NCBI GenBank assembly: GCA_964270895.1
Contig: OZ185435.1
Length of the DNA: 64,000 bases
DNA from: Podarcis filfolensis
Taxonomy: Eukaryota
Direction: 5' to 3' (one strand)
Shown: piece by piece, positions 1 to 12,171 of the stretch
Layout: every line of letters begins with the position of its first letter
Position numbering within the stretch: the first letter of the stretch is position 1
Notes under the pieces: generated by a model
The model's database searches: none
Told to the model about the DNA's origin: nothing
The model's input: the letters and a program-made list of their open reading frames with translations, nothing else
Translations under genes and position numbers: made by a program

Positions 1-68
1 ACTAGCAGCCATCCTGGGATATTAAGGTAAAAGAAGAGTCAGTTCAATACAGGCTATTTATTTGTCTA

Positions 69-1164
69 TGTAGTGGACCCACCACTTAATGCCACCAATG
101 CTAACTGCCCCCAATTAAATATAGTGCACCCACCTCACGGTACAGCAATTACACAAATTTCTACAATTTACCATGGATTATCTAATGGGGGACTTGGGTG
201 AGGGAAAACTTAATGATTTAGAGTCTCAGGCAGGAGTTGATCAAACAAACAAACAAAGTTTTATTAAACAACAAGAAGTTTGTGAAACAAAGTGGGTCAG
301 GAAATGCGCTCTTTCAGGTAGAAGTTAACTTATTTACTTTAACTAACTACAAGATGTCCCAGGCTTAAACACAATACTATAGGCACAGTTCTTCTTAAAC
401 TTCAGTTACTAAAAATCAGGTGTTACACTTCAGGTGGTAAATATTCAGGTTTCCAGAATAGAGGGTAAAATGCTTGACTCACTTTCTGTCACTTAGATAT
501 TACAATTAAATACTTTCAACACCGCTTCCTTCACAGCTTAATACTTTGGTTCATGCTGTGAGTGAGGGGTGCTTCTCCTCAGTTGCCCACTCCCTTAACC
601 ATCCCACACCTGAGGTTTTCTAAATGGTATAACAGACCCAAGAGATCACCCCCCCCCTTGTCACTGGTTTGAGAGTCTTCAGTACCTAGAAGAACTCTCC
701 CTTACTGGCTATACAGATACCCAGATAGTTTGTATTCCCACAAGATCCAGGACACAAGATCACAAGATCAGACACAGCCCTCCCAGGACACTCCTGTCTG
801 CATACCTTTCCCAGACCCTCAACTCGGTCTCCCTATCCAAGCTGCGAGGCTCTGTCCTCTCATTATGGATAGTGTGTATGTTTAACTTAACTCAGAACCA
901 GTTCTCCCTATCCCACTCCCTATCTCCCAACCTGAAACCTGCCTAATATCTCAAATCAAATCATATCCCTCTTCTCAAATCCAGCCCTATCTAACGCCCT
1001 CCCTCAGAAATTGCTCCTTATATTCTCCCCCCGCCCAAGTGCTGTTCCTCCCCTCTCTGTGGCTAGCTGACTCTGTAGCCAATCAGAGAGAGGCCACAGC
1101 ACTCTGGTGGAGTTTCAGAGGAACTGCATCACCAGACTCTAGTCTGGCTCCGCTGACCATCACA
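69..1164 (-). mobile_element. Solo LTR (ERV/Gypsy-type), 1096 bp
   Basis: TG...CA termini (TGTAGTGG / CCATCACA); perfect 5-bp TSD GTCTA at 64-68 and 1165-1169; on the minus strand a CCAAT-type box (~1078-1085), TATA-like AATATAAG (1017-1024) and AATAAA (260-265) in U3-R order. Confidence 0.9.
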
Positions 1165-1667
1165 GTCTAACAACAGATCTCTGGGCAAGGGCCAATGAAA
1201 CGTTTAAAACAAATTTTAAAATGTATACATCACAAATGCATGAAATAAGGCACAGCATTTTCTTACACGACATTTTCATTTTCACAGTTGCAATTCACCT
1301 TGGATGCACCCTTCAAGCACATTATCCAACAGATTCTGCTTAGGTTGACATACATTTCTATGTTACACAGTTTTATTTCAGCATTCTAGGCCCTTTGGGG
1401 GCTCCCTGCTATCTTGCCCCTTCCTGTCTTGGTAACCAGCAGTGACACATGATGTTGGGAAACCAGCTCAGCCATGCTACCCTGCCTGTCCCACCAGTTG
1501 CTGCTGCCTTCTCCCTCTTGTGAACCGGCAGCAATACACAGTGTCAGGACGCCAGGTAAACAGGGTTGCCCTACCATCCACTATTGTGCCTGCTAACTTG
1601 AAAGGAAGTCCCAGTGAGATTAAGGGGGCTTATTTCTACTAAGAATGCATGCTAGCCTCATCTTTAT

Positions 1668-1732
1668 TGTGGTTTTAATATTTTTTGGGAGCTGCCCAGA
1701 GTGGCTAGGGCAACCAAGTCAGATGGGTGGCA

Positions 1733-1784
<52 letters not shown>

Positions 1785-1785
1785 T
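1668..1785 (+). mobile_element. L2 LINE 3' end with (TTA)n tail
   Basis: GGGAGCTGCCCAGAGTGGCT...CAGATGGG motif shared with the other L2 3' ends here, followed by (TTA)n. Confidence 0.7.
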
Positions 1786-2282
1786 AGTGCTTTTTTCTGG
1801 GGGGACGCAGGGGCACGCCCTGGCCGATATGACAGAATATGTGATGATCCACGGGTATCTCAACCTGATACAGCTGAAGCCCAGAACTACCTGAATCAGC
1901 TTGATTCAGTTCAGGTGCACAGTCCTAGTAAGCATTTTGGGTGGAATTCATCATCACATTATTAAACAAAACAAACCCCACATCACATTATTGCAAACAT
2001 TTCATCTGCACAAGCATATCAGCTTGTCCATCAGAATGATCCCCTCTGCTGTTCTGAGGTGTTTTCCTGAAATTGCCAATTTCATGAGCATGGGGCGGGG
2101 GGAACACTTTGCACAAGCAGGAGGGGTTCATTAGCTGACTCTTGCCCTTTAAAATTTTTATATGACTTTTTAAATCTTCTATAATTTCCTGAAGTTCAAA
2201 TATTGTCTTGATTATATGCCTTTAATAAAGTATTTGCAAGCAAGCAAGCAGTTTAATACTAAAAGCAATGATGAATTTAGGT

Positions 2283-2473
2283 AGAGGGCCTTCTCAGTAG
2301 TGGCACCTGCCCTGTGGAACGTCCTCCCAGCAGATGTCAAGGCAATAAGCAACTATCTTACTTTTAAAAGACATCTGAAGGTGACCCTGTTTAGGGAAGT
2401 TTTTAATGTTTCATGCTGTATTGTGTTTTTAATATTTGGTTGGAAGTGGCCAAGAGTGGCTGGGGAAACCACA

Positions 2474-2517
<44 letters not shown>

Positions 2518-2518
2518 A
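2283..2518 (+). mobile_element. L2 LINE 3' fragment with (GAT)n tail
   Basis: Encodes APALWNVLP...FKRHLKVTLF (L2 ORF2 C-terminus); similar to 55540-55720. Confidence 0.8.
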
Positions 2519-3837
2519 GGACCAGCAATTATTTTGTTAAAGCAGTGGGGAGAATGAAAAATGGAGAAGAGTTTCATAGCTGCGGAATGATCATTTGGAG
2601 ACCCTAAAAGGGTGAAAGAAAGAGTGAAAGAAGAGGAGAGGTTACACTTGGCTATACTGTATATAGCATAGCTAACTTGCTTGAAGATTAGAGAGAAGAA
2701 GAGACTAGTAGGGGAAAATGGGAGCACAAATATTTCCCCTCGCAAGCAGAGGGGAAAACTTTTTGTCTTTGGCAGCAGATCATCAGAGTTGCTTAAGATG
2801 TCTTTGGTGAATCTGTGCACATGCATCTTTTGGGTGGGGATTCCTAACAATGAAACCTAATGGGTGCTGATGCTTGACTAAGTACCTCTGATACATTTAT
2901 CAGGGGGTTTCCTAGTATTTCAGACATGGAGTCCTCTGTTAGGGCTTTGAGGTCACAAAACTAGTGAACATGTCTTGGATGCATTGATTAGGTTAGAGAC
3001 TCAGCGAGAAAGAAGATGTTTGCCTTTCCCAGAGTTCTCACACTTCTTTGCATTCCTGTTGAGAGATACTCCCACTGAATGTGCTAAAAAACTATACGCA
3101 CTTGGAATAAAACTGGGCCATGATAGACTGAGTACAATTTGATAATGAACCACTTGAAAATATGATTGTTTTCCAAACAAATCCCTCCTGATTTCCCTTA
3201 ACAAAATACCTCATAGCATAGTGGTATCTAGGCACGGTAGTGGCTGTACCTTGAAAATGAAGTCATTAACATTCTTCTAAGCAGTATATCATTTGATTCC
3301 ATGACCTACGTGTTGCACCTCTTTCCTTGAAGAGGAACAATTTGAGATGTTCCCAAGAGTGAAAGATTAGACCTCTGCCATGACAGTGAATTATGAACCT
3401 AATGTATGAACAGCAGTAAGTGTTTGGGCCTCCTACTGGTCTAGAAGGAAGATTATCTTATCTTGTTTCCTGCTGAGCCTGCCATTTGTTTCCCAGAGAA
3501 CATGAGGAATATTGCCGATAATGTGCAAGCTGAGAGTGCAAACGGGAGAGTGGAAAAGGTTAAGAGGAGAGCTTTACATTTTTAATAATAAATAAAAAAG
3601 AGCATTTCCTCACAAGCAGATATTTCAAAACATATTGCCTAGTTTAGTGTCATTAGCAAGAGTATGTGGAATCTTATTAAACTTTGTTTCAGATTATTGT
3701 TCTAGCCAAGCGAGTGCTTTGGGTTAATGAGTCTGTTCAGCATTCTGTTTGTTTATAAACAATGCAACAAGAAAGACACACACACAGAGACAGTGCTTTT
3801 TTGGGGGTACTCAAGGGCACACAGTACTGGCACCTTC

Positions 3838-3861
3838 TGTGTGTGTGTGTGTGTGTGTGTA
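3838..3861. repeat. (GT)n microsatellite
   Basis: Seen directly. Confidence 0.95.
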
Positions 3862-5433
3862 ACTGTGTTTAATTCTGGAGTTACTGAATGGTGCCCTTTG
3901 GGTTATGAGCTGCATTTTATCTATATTACTGTGATTCCACTGTTTTATTCTACACTGCCTTGAGACAGATTGTGATAGGCAGTATAGAAATACTTGTGTA
4001 AATAAATAAGAGAAATACATGACCTACTGCCATGCGATAACTCCCTTGTAGGTTTAGATATGAGATTTGTAAATTGTTTGCCACGTTCAATACATTAGTC
4101 TCTGCTTCAGGTTCAAAATCCCATCCCTGCCCACTGCACGCCTATTTTGAAGGGATTCATGAAAATTGTAAAATGCACTGCAATGAGAGAGGTGGCTTGA
4201 AGATTGTGGTATCACTGTGAAATATAGGGTCAAAGGAATAAACTACACAATATAGCTGAAGACCCCTAATCAGAACTCTCCTCTCTGAGGGTTTTTTTTT
4301 AAGTTTAAAAAGAGCTTGGAGAGGGCAGGACTACTTTTTTAATTCCTCAGTTTCTCCAGTCTTGAGTTCTGAACTGTTTTGAAACCAGTGCTGTAGTGCA
4401 CATTTCTCCTCCCTGACACATTTTTTCAAGCAATTGTCCTTAATAATGCACTTTTAATGTTATTTTTATCAATACATTTATCCTGGGACCTGCGGGTATA
4501 GGACAGTATATAAATTCTAATGATGGTGGTGGTGGTGATAATTCAGTGTTGTGTACACTTTCCCCTAAATATATACAAATAATGGAACACATTATTTGAC
4601 TGGAGAACTGCGTTACAAAATTCACGGAAGTGCAAATTTCAAAGGCTAGGTAGCTTTGCACTGAACCAATTTTACCCCCTTCTTTCCATCAGGTCAGTGC
4701 TTCCAACACTGGGAGAGAGGTTATTTATTAATCTTTCAAAGGATTCTGAGGGACAGAATCCAAAACAATACGTCCTCTAGATGGTTCACCAAAAGATCAT
4801 AAAGCATTTAAGGAGAAAGTGGTAAGTCAACAGAAATGTGCTTAAAACAAAGCAAACACTAAAAGAGCTTTGCCCTTTGAGTTTGCATTAGCTGCTTCTC
4901 TCAGCTGCAATTTCTGAGGTTTCCTTTTTAAGACGATGGCATTGACTATCTGAAATTATACTGGAACCCGTCAAGGGGATTTGTACACCAGCTTTAGAAC
5001 GTCACAACAACCCTCTTTGTGAATGAGAGCATTGCATTTCTATTTCTTTTTAACTGTTACCTTCCAAGCAAACTGCCAGAGCTTGGAAAATGATAGTAAG
5101 CTGAGAGGAACATCCTTTGGGTGCTTCCAGATGGCACTTTCCCCAGTTGACTGCTGATTGAATCTGCAATGGCCCTGGGGATGTGTGAGTGTTTTGAGGT
5201 GGGAGGAGAGGTATCATCATTGGTTCCAGTCGAAGCCAGAGAAAGAAAGCTAAACATGGAGTTTGATGTGATGCCTCATTGGATCTTGCAGCTGCTGCAT
5301 TCGCTGGGGACAAGTAGCGCTGGTCTGGTGTAGGTGCGGACAAATCTGTCAAATTATGATTCTGATTTTTCCAATCTTAAATTCAGTTTAAGAGAGTGGA
5401 TGGGGAGGACCCAGTAGTTTCAGTGGGTCTGCA

Positions 5434-6040
5434 TAGGGATGTGGCGGGGGAAGGGGAGAGAAGGTATGATTATGTTTTCATTTTAAAGATGAACCTATCT
5501 AACTTACACTTTCCGAAGCAATATGTGAATCAAAGCACAGCCCTGCTTCAGAATTCACACTTCTTCACAATGCCGTTCCCCAGCTAAACAATGTGCACAA
5601 ATGTGCCTATGCTACAGTAAGATATGCATAAATTGTATGTCATTAGTGAAAATAACGTATGCAAATGGTTACATTGGGGAAAATTGCTGTGGGAAAACAT
5701 GTACATTAGCGGAAAATCACACTAAAATGTGAACTGAATTTAAGACTGGGAAAATGAGAAATGGGAAGAAACTGAAATCGACATACAGTGGTACCTCGTG
5801 TTAAGTACTTAATTCATTCTGGAGGTCTGTTCTTAACCTGAAACTGTTCTTAACCTGAAGCACCACTTTAGCTAATGGGGCCTCCTGCTGCTGCCGCGCC
5901 GCTGGAGCACGATTTCTGTCTCATCCTGAAGCAAAGTTCTAACCCTATTTCTGGGTTAGCGGAGTCTGTAACCTGAAGCGTATGTAACCTGAAGCATATG
6001 TACCGGTAACCTGAGGTACCACTGTATTTGCTCATCCCTA
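5434..6040. mobile_element. Old TIR element (TAGGGATG...CATCCCTA), probably hAT-type, with a nested MITE
   Basis: 8-bp inverted termini; flanks GGTCTGCA/AGTGTGAA match only 5/8; related fragments near 4530-4670 and 41390-41510. Confidence 0.5.
5786..6024. mobile_element. Tc1/mariner (pogo/Tigger-like) MITE
   Basis: TIR CAGTGGTACCTC...GAGGTACCACTG with TA TSD; family has five copies in the window. Confidence 0.9.
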
Positions 6041-7188
6041 AGTGTGAATTAGTTGGACATCACCCATTATTTATAAATTGCTGTCTATACATATGCATCA
6101 GCTTATGTAAACTATATGCAGAGTCTTTTTTCTATGTGATGCATTCTCCCCCTTTTTGACAATGTATCAGATGTCTACATCAAAATTATACACCTTAACA
6201 TTTTTTCCTGCAAAGGTGTGACTGTAACTTCTTTTGTCTTTTTTATATAAAAAACCCTCTCATTCTCTGAACAAGAAGCAGACCAGTGAAGAAAACGTCA
6301 CCCCAATTATGAAGGCTGCATCAGCCTTCTCAAGGCAAAAAAGCAAATGAAAGCTGCAGGACAACACAGTCAGAATACAAAATGTAACACTACATATTTT
6401 TAAATCATCTTTTACTGATGGACGATTATTTCTTGTAAGCAAGCAGAACACTCCCTGCAGCATGATGTGCACAGCCAACTGAAAGAGAAAAAGCTGACAG
6501 GGAAATGCATCACTTTTTACTAAAATTATCTCATGCTCTTTCTCTGTTTTTTGCCAGTTTCTTCTAAGTGATTCATGAAGTAAAGTTGGGGGTTCATAAA
6601 TCTAGGATAAAGAAGAAGTCAATAAATGACAGATTTGTTGTGAAGTGCTTGGTCAGCTAACACAAAGTACCATCAGTGTCCAATTTGCCTTTGAGATCAG
6701 CTTGGTACAATGTTGTCGTTTGGTTTCCTTCAGACAGTTTTTTAAAACTCTGCGTATTTAATTGAACCACATGGCTGTAGGTAGGACTTCAATGTGTGCG
6801 TTGTATTGACATGAAAAGTGAACACGTTCTTAACTTTATCGCGTGATAAATGCTTCTTAATACTAAGGTACTCACTATTTAATGAGGCAAGTTCTGCTAC
6901 CCATCATGCATTCTAAGGACAACCAGTTTAAGCCTTAAAAAATGGACGGGAAGAGTGTGAGATTGATTGGGCTCCAAATGTACGTTCTGTTTTCAAAATG
7001 TTAGACTTCCAGAGAACTCAGTCCTTCATAACAGCATATGAAGGATCAACCCAAAAGCCCATCAAGCCCAGTATCCTGTTCTCACAGTGATGGAAAGCTC
7101 ACAAAGAGAACCTGAGCACAAGAGTGCTCCCCAAACTGTTTCAAACATTTAATGAAGATGAGATTGAAATAGATATTGCGTGGCAAGT

Positions 7189-8030
7189 CCCCCTCCCCCC
7201 TTGTGAAATAAAGACACAGGACACAGTATTTTAAGGTTAATGGGCGTAAAAGGCCACAACTTTATTGATTGCAGGAATTGAGCGGTATTGGCTTAGGCAT
7301 TGGTCCTATCGACTAACCGGCTTCAGCCTGATTGCATGAAGGCCGGTAAGGGTTAACCACCAGTAGGGGGAGTCCTGCTGATGTACATCAACTAGGAGCT
7401 CCCCCGGGGTCACTGTTCGGGGGCGTGCCTTAGGCCCACACCTCCATAGGCTTCGGACAGGGCAACGCCCCCCGGAAACCTTTACCGGACTACCCTTTGC
7501 TTTGGGGGAAGGTGATGGCGCTTCCTTCCCCCCTCATTTGCATAACAATACCCCTACCAATGCCTAACCGCCAATCAAGCAAAGCTCGCCGCCAATACCC
7601 TCAAACCTGCAACCAACTCCTAATCCCCGCAGCAGTGTCATCCAACCAAATATCATTTCCAGCATCCGAGAGATGCACACCATCAACTCTGTAGAGGGCC
7701 TCCTGGCTGAACTGGATGCTGGGGTGGCCAATGACGCCCCCCCCCGAGCCGCCACTCTGCGCGCCACAGCCCGTTCTAAGATTTTTCTCGCTTTATTCAT
7801 TGTGATCGGGCACCGACAATCCCTCCAAATCCGCCTTTCCAGCAGCGAAGACCACAGAATGGTAACGCTGGGATAAGAGGCAATTAATTCTTCAAAGTCC
7901 CCAAAAATGCTCCACTTCAAGTCTATGGCCTTTCAATATACTAAAATGTTCTTGCCCAGCTGGATGACTAGGGCATCCGGTGAGCCTTCTGAAGCGGCTC
8001 TGGCCATTACTGCTGGCATGAATAATTACA
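7189..8030 (-). mobile_element. 3' part of a DIRS/Ngaro-like tyrosine-recombinase retrotransposon
   Basis: GC-rich block with an SGNH-hydrolase ORF remnant, then ~400 nt of non-coding terminal sequence with internal complementarity; no LINE ORF2 follows; YR/RT part absent so the family call is inferred. Confidence 0.7.
7601..8019 (-). pseudogene. TE-encoded SGNH/GDSL hydrolase ORF remnant
   Basis: Reassembled translation PDALVIQLGKN...ILWSSLLERRIWR...NKARK...GG[fs]VIGHPSIQFSQEALYRVDGVHLSDAGNDIWLDD...WLQV*; DxxH motif at 7673-7684; one internal stop and a frameshift in the C-run near 7737-7745. Confidence 0.8.
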
Positions 8031-8064
8031 TACATACCCCCCCAAGGGTTGTCCGCCTCCCCGT

Positions 8065-8212
8065 TTTATTCTCACAACAATCCTGTTGGTAGGTTAGGCT
8101 AGGAGACAGTGTCTGATCCAAGGTCAGCCCCTGAGCTTCATAGCTGAGTGGGGATTTGAACTCTGGTCTCCCCAGTCCTAGTCCAACATTCTAACCACTA
8201 TACTGCACTGAC
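8065..8212 (-). mobile_element. tRNA-derived squamate SINE
   Basis: Minus strand has A-box-like TAGTGGTTAG and B-box-like GTTCAAATCC, then a CTCACAACAA-type 3' region. Confidence 0.6.
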
Positions 8213-8364
8213 TCCCAATGAGTATTCATGGGATTTGCAGCTATCCCCTAAGGACCCCTTTCACACATTTGTACTTCCCAATTCACTGTTAGGATGAACT
8301 TGTTTTCAGTGTCATGGCAAAAAGATAGCACATGGCAGAGTCAGCTTTCATCAAAAGGATTCAC

Positions 8365-9290
8365 AAATAATAATTATTTCTACCCCGCCCATCTGGTTGG
8401 GTTTCCCCAGCCACTCTTGGAAGCTTCCAACAAAAGATTAAAAATACATTAAAACATCAGCCATTGAAAACTTCCCTTCAGGGCTGCCTTCAGATGTCTT
8501 CTAAATGTCAGATAGTTGTTTATTTCTTTGACATCTGATGGGAGGGCACTCCACAGGGCGGGCGCCACTACCGAAAAGGCCCTCTGCAAGGTTCCCTGTA
8601 ACTTCACTTCTCACGGTGAAGGAACCACCAGAAGGCCCTCGGAGCTGGACCTCAGTGTCCAGGTTGAATGAAGGGAGTGGAGAAGTTCCTTCAGGTATAC
8701 TGGGCCGAGGCCGCTTACGGCTTTAAAGGTCAGCACCAACACTTTGAATTGTGCTTGGAAACATACTGGGAGCCAATGTAGGTCTTTCAAGACCGGTGTT
8801 ATGTGGCCTTGGCACCGCTCCCAGTCATCAGTCTAGCTGCCACATTCTGGATTAGTGGTAGTTTCCGGGTCACCTTCAAAGGTAGCCCCATGTAGAGCAC
8901 GTTGCAGTAGTCTAAGCAAGAGATAACTAGAGCATGCACCACTCTGGCGAGACAGTCTGCGGGCAGGTAGGGTCTCAGCCTGCGTACCAGGTGGACTTGG
9001 TAGACAGCTGCCCTGGACACAGAATTGATCTGTGCCTCCATGGACAGCTGTGAGTCCAAAATGACTCCCAGACTGCACACCTGGTCCTTCAGGGGCACAG
9101 TTACCCCATTCAGGACCAGGGAGTCCCCCACACCAGCCCACCCCCTGTCCCCCCAAAACAGTACTTCTGTCTTGTCCACCTCAATCCGTTAGCCACCATC
9201 CATCCTCCAACCGCCAAAAGGCACTCACACAGGACCTTCACTGCCTTCACTGGTTCTGATTTGAAAGAGAGGTGGAGCTCACCCCAACAG
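8365..9290 (-). mobile_element. L2 LINE, 5'-truncated
   Basis: ORF 8799-9179 LGVILDSQLSM...SCLDYCNVLYMGLP...QNVAARL is L2 ORF2 C-terminal; 3' UTR and short TAA tail at ~8365. Confidence 0.9.
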
Positions 9291-9370
9291 TCAGGGAACT
9301 GGTTCTACCTCCCCAACAATGTTGCATTGCAGTAGCTTGCTATTAATTATTGGAATCTCTCTCTCTCTTA

Positions 9371-10520
9371 ATTTTTTTTATTGGTTTTCTTTTTTCTCAT
9401 TACAAATATACTTATATCCATAATATACAAGTCACATAACATCACCCCCTCCCTCCCTTTGGACTTCCCTCAACTCTCATTTCTGATTTGTTATCTTCAT
9501 TATTGTATTCTGCTGTTTTTTTACAATGTATCATATCTTCCCTTTGTCACATTATTTGTTCCCTGTCAGTAAGATTGTGAATGTTTATTTAAATCCTGCC
9601 ATTAAGTTAATATTCTTTCTTTGTTTCTGCAAATATAATATAAAAGGTTCCCACTCTTTTTCAAAGTCACTACAGTGGTACCTCAGTTTAAAAACTTAAT
9701 TCGTTCCAGAGGCCCATTCTTAACCTGAAACTGTTCTTAACCTGAAGCACCACTTTAGCTAATGGGTCCTCCCACTGCTACCGCGCCACCAGAGCACGAT
9801 TTCTGTTCTCATCCTGAAGCAAAGCTCTTAACCCGAGGTACTATTTCTGGGTTAGCAGAGTCTGTAACCTAAAGCGTCTGTAACCTGAAGTATATGTAAC
9901 CCGAGGTACCACTGTAATGTCATTTCCTCTTTTGGCAGGTCTTGGCCTATAATGCCCAACAGGAAGTCTTCTGGCTGCTTAACAAATGTTATTTTAAACA
10001 TTTTTTTCAATTCATTATATATCATTTCCCAATAAGTTTTAACAACTTTGCAATCCCACCACATATGGTAAAACGTACCTTCAACTTCTTTGCACCTCCA
10101 ACATTCCCCCTGTTCATTTTTATATATTTTTGCCAATTTAACTGGTGAAATATACCATCTATACATCATCTTCATGTAATTCTCTTTTAGCAATATACAA
10201 TCCGTAAATTACAAATTTACTTTCCAAAGTTTTATCCAATCTTCAAATTGTATACTGTGGCCTATATCTTGTGCCCATTTAATCACAACTGACTTTACTT
10301 CCTCATCCTTCGTTGACTGGACTCTCTTTACGTCACATCAGAATGACAAATCTAAGTGAACGAGTGTTCAAGAGGCTTGTTCATTGTGATCTAGATTTTT
10401 TAAAAAATCTGTTTATGTATGGATTATTGATTGGATATGATCCTCCCTCCCATTCTGGATTAACATTCTATGTTTTTCCCTTCTTCTATTTACATATTAT
10501 AATATCTTTTACTTTTCTTA
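9371..10520 (-). mobile_element. L1/Tx1-clade LINE 3' fragment interrupted by a MITE
   Basis: KWAQDIGHSI...ENYMKMMYRWY...CWRC...GTFYHMWWDC Cys-rich C-terminus; DFEKEWEPF..YL end; AATAAA plus A-tail at 9371-9383. Confidence 0.85.
9673..9914. mobile_element. Tc1/mariner MITE nested in L1
   Basis: CAGTGGTACCTC TIRs, TA at both ends. Confidence 0.9.
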
Positions 10521-11360
10521 ACGGTGATTTTAATTTTATATAGAAAAAATGGATACACTGACATGAAATATAAAACCGTCAGTTAAAACAACGCATAGCC
10601 AGAGAAATGGACAAATGTGGCCCTGCTCTCTCAGATATAGATTGGGGATTACACTTTTCAAGGCTGATGAAGTATTTACAATGTAGTTGCTCAAATGAAT
10701 AATGAATAATATGCTGAACAAAAGAAATACGAGAGAGACAAAAGCTTTGCTCTCTCTTATTTCTACAGGACATGAGAAAACCTGTTGCTTAGGCAACAGA
10801 GAAATTGCCATAAAATGTTGTGAAACTGAAATGGACTAATTAGGCTATAAAGCGATCCATTACTTGAGATTCCTATGTGGGTTTCAAATGCTATTTGACT
10901 ATCATATTAAGAGAGGTCTTTTGTGAAGGGTGTATGGGCCAGCATGGCTCAGCTAATTGTCTGAGACACTGTTTTGACACGCTTGCTGCTAAGAGCTTAT
11001 AAAGTGTTTATACCTAACGGTTGTGTTGAATCAGTTTAATTAACAATGAAATGCTACTTCTAAGACAAGTGTTTAGAAAGTGGAGTTCTCAGGGCATAAG
11101 CAAGGTGCTGCGTGCAAGCAAATAAACTTGATGTTATGCATTTGGGCTTTCCGATAAGGAGAGAACAACCAAATACAGGCCTTGTGTGACTGCAGATTAG
11201 CATGGAAGAGTGTGACTTTCCATCTTATGATCAGGGATCTGAGATTGCTATGGGAATATGGATAATTTTCTTCATGCAAGATACCTTGCTAAAAGCTTTT
11301 TTTAGCATGCAAATTTTATCTGCACTCCTTACCAATTGCTTGCAATAGTGCTTTTTTTAA

Positions 11361-11384
11361 ACACACACACACACACACACACAC
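11361..11384. repeat. (AC)n microsatellite
   Basis: Seen directly. Confidence 0.95.
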
Positions 11385-11556
11385 TTCCAAAGAAGCACTT
11401 TAATTTTTGTGAAAGCTACCAGTTTGACAGCTATAAAAAGCAGTGGACTTTATTTAGGCCGAACTCATCACTGGAGCAATGCCAGCGATAGGAGCACACA
11501 ACAGAATATCGAGGCCACTGTACACAATATTCTAGTACAATACAACCATTAACATG

Positions 11557-11716
11557 CAGCTGGATAGCTCAGTTGCTTAGAGCATGGTGCTGATAACGCC
11601 TGGGTTGCAGATTTGATCCCCGTATGGGAGAGCTGCACATTCCTGCATTGAAGGTAGGTGGCGAATCAAGATGATCCGCAGGGTCCTTTCCAACTCTACA
11701 GTTCTCTAATTCTATG
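11557..11716 (+). mobile_element. tRNA-derived squamate SINE with CR1-like tail
   Basis: TAGCTCAGTTG A-box, degenerate B-box GATTTGATCC, 3' CCCTTTCCAACTCTACAGTTCT-type tail. Confidence 0.75.
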
Positions 11717-11913
11717 AGCTCAAAACAAGTGTGAACTGTAATAAAATGTTGCAGTGTGGAGTATTCCTGATCAGTATCCATCCAATCATGCATTCTATCA
11801 CACTACTCTGTTCCATTCCATTTCCCCTTCATCTCAGTTTTCCATTATCCCACCAACCAATAGAAACTCTGTTCTCTCTGCATTCTGTGGCTACAGGGCA
11901 TCCCCTGTCCTCA

Positions 11914-12171
11914 TTGTGGTACCTCGGGTTAAGAACTTAATTCGTTCTGGAGGCCTGTTCTTAACCTGAAACTGTTCTTAACCTGAAGCACCACTTTAGC
12001 TAATGGGGCCTCCCGCTGCCACCGCGCCGCTGGAGCACGATTTCTGTTCTCATCCTGAAGCAAAGTTCTTAACCTGAGGTAATATTTCTGAGTTAGCGGA
12101 GTCTGTAACCTGAAGTGTATGTAACCTGAAGCGTATGTAACCTGAAGCGTATGTAACCCGAGGTACCACTG
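11914..12171. mobile_element. Tc1/mariner MITE
   Basis: Same family as 5786; left TIR slightly degenerate, right TIR plus TA intact. Confidence 0.85.

Noticed and set aside
1645-2850. ORFs with poly-L, poly-M, poly-D and poly-I runs
   Set aside because: Read-through of (TTA)n and (GAT)n LINE tails, not low-complexity proteins; the same applies at 22901-23270
5061-5345. 285-nt phase 1-1 open minus-strand segment with AG/GT ends
   Set aside because: Weak pyrimidine tract, no recognisable homology and no partner exons
2580-6350. Chain of possible small + strand exons (2580, 3497, 4791, 6276)
   Set aside because: Splice phases are incompatible (joins create stops) and no peptide is recognisable
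11557-11640. tRNA-like sequence
   Set aside because: Degenerate B-box, no acceptor stem, and continues into a SINE body and tail; same for the other SINE heads
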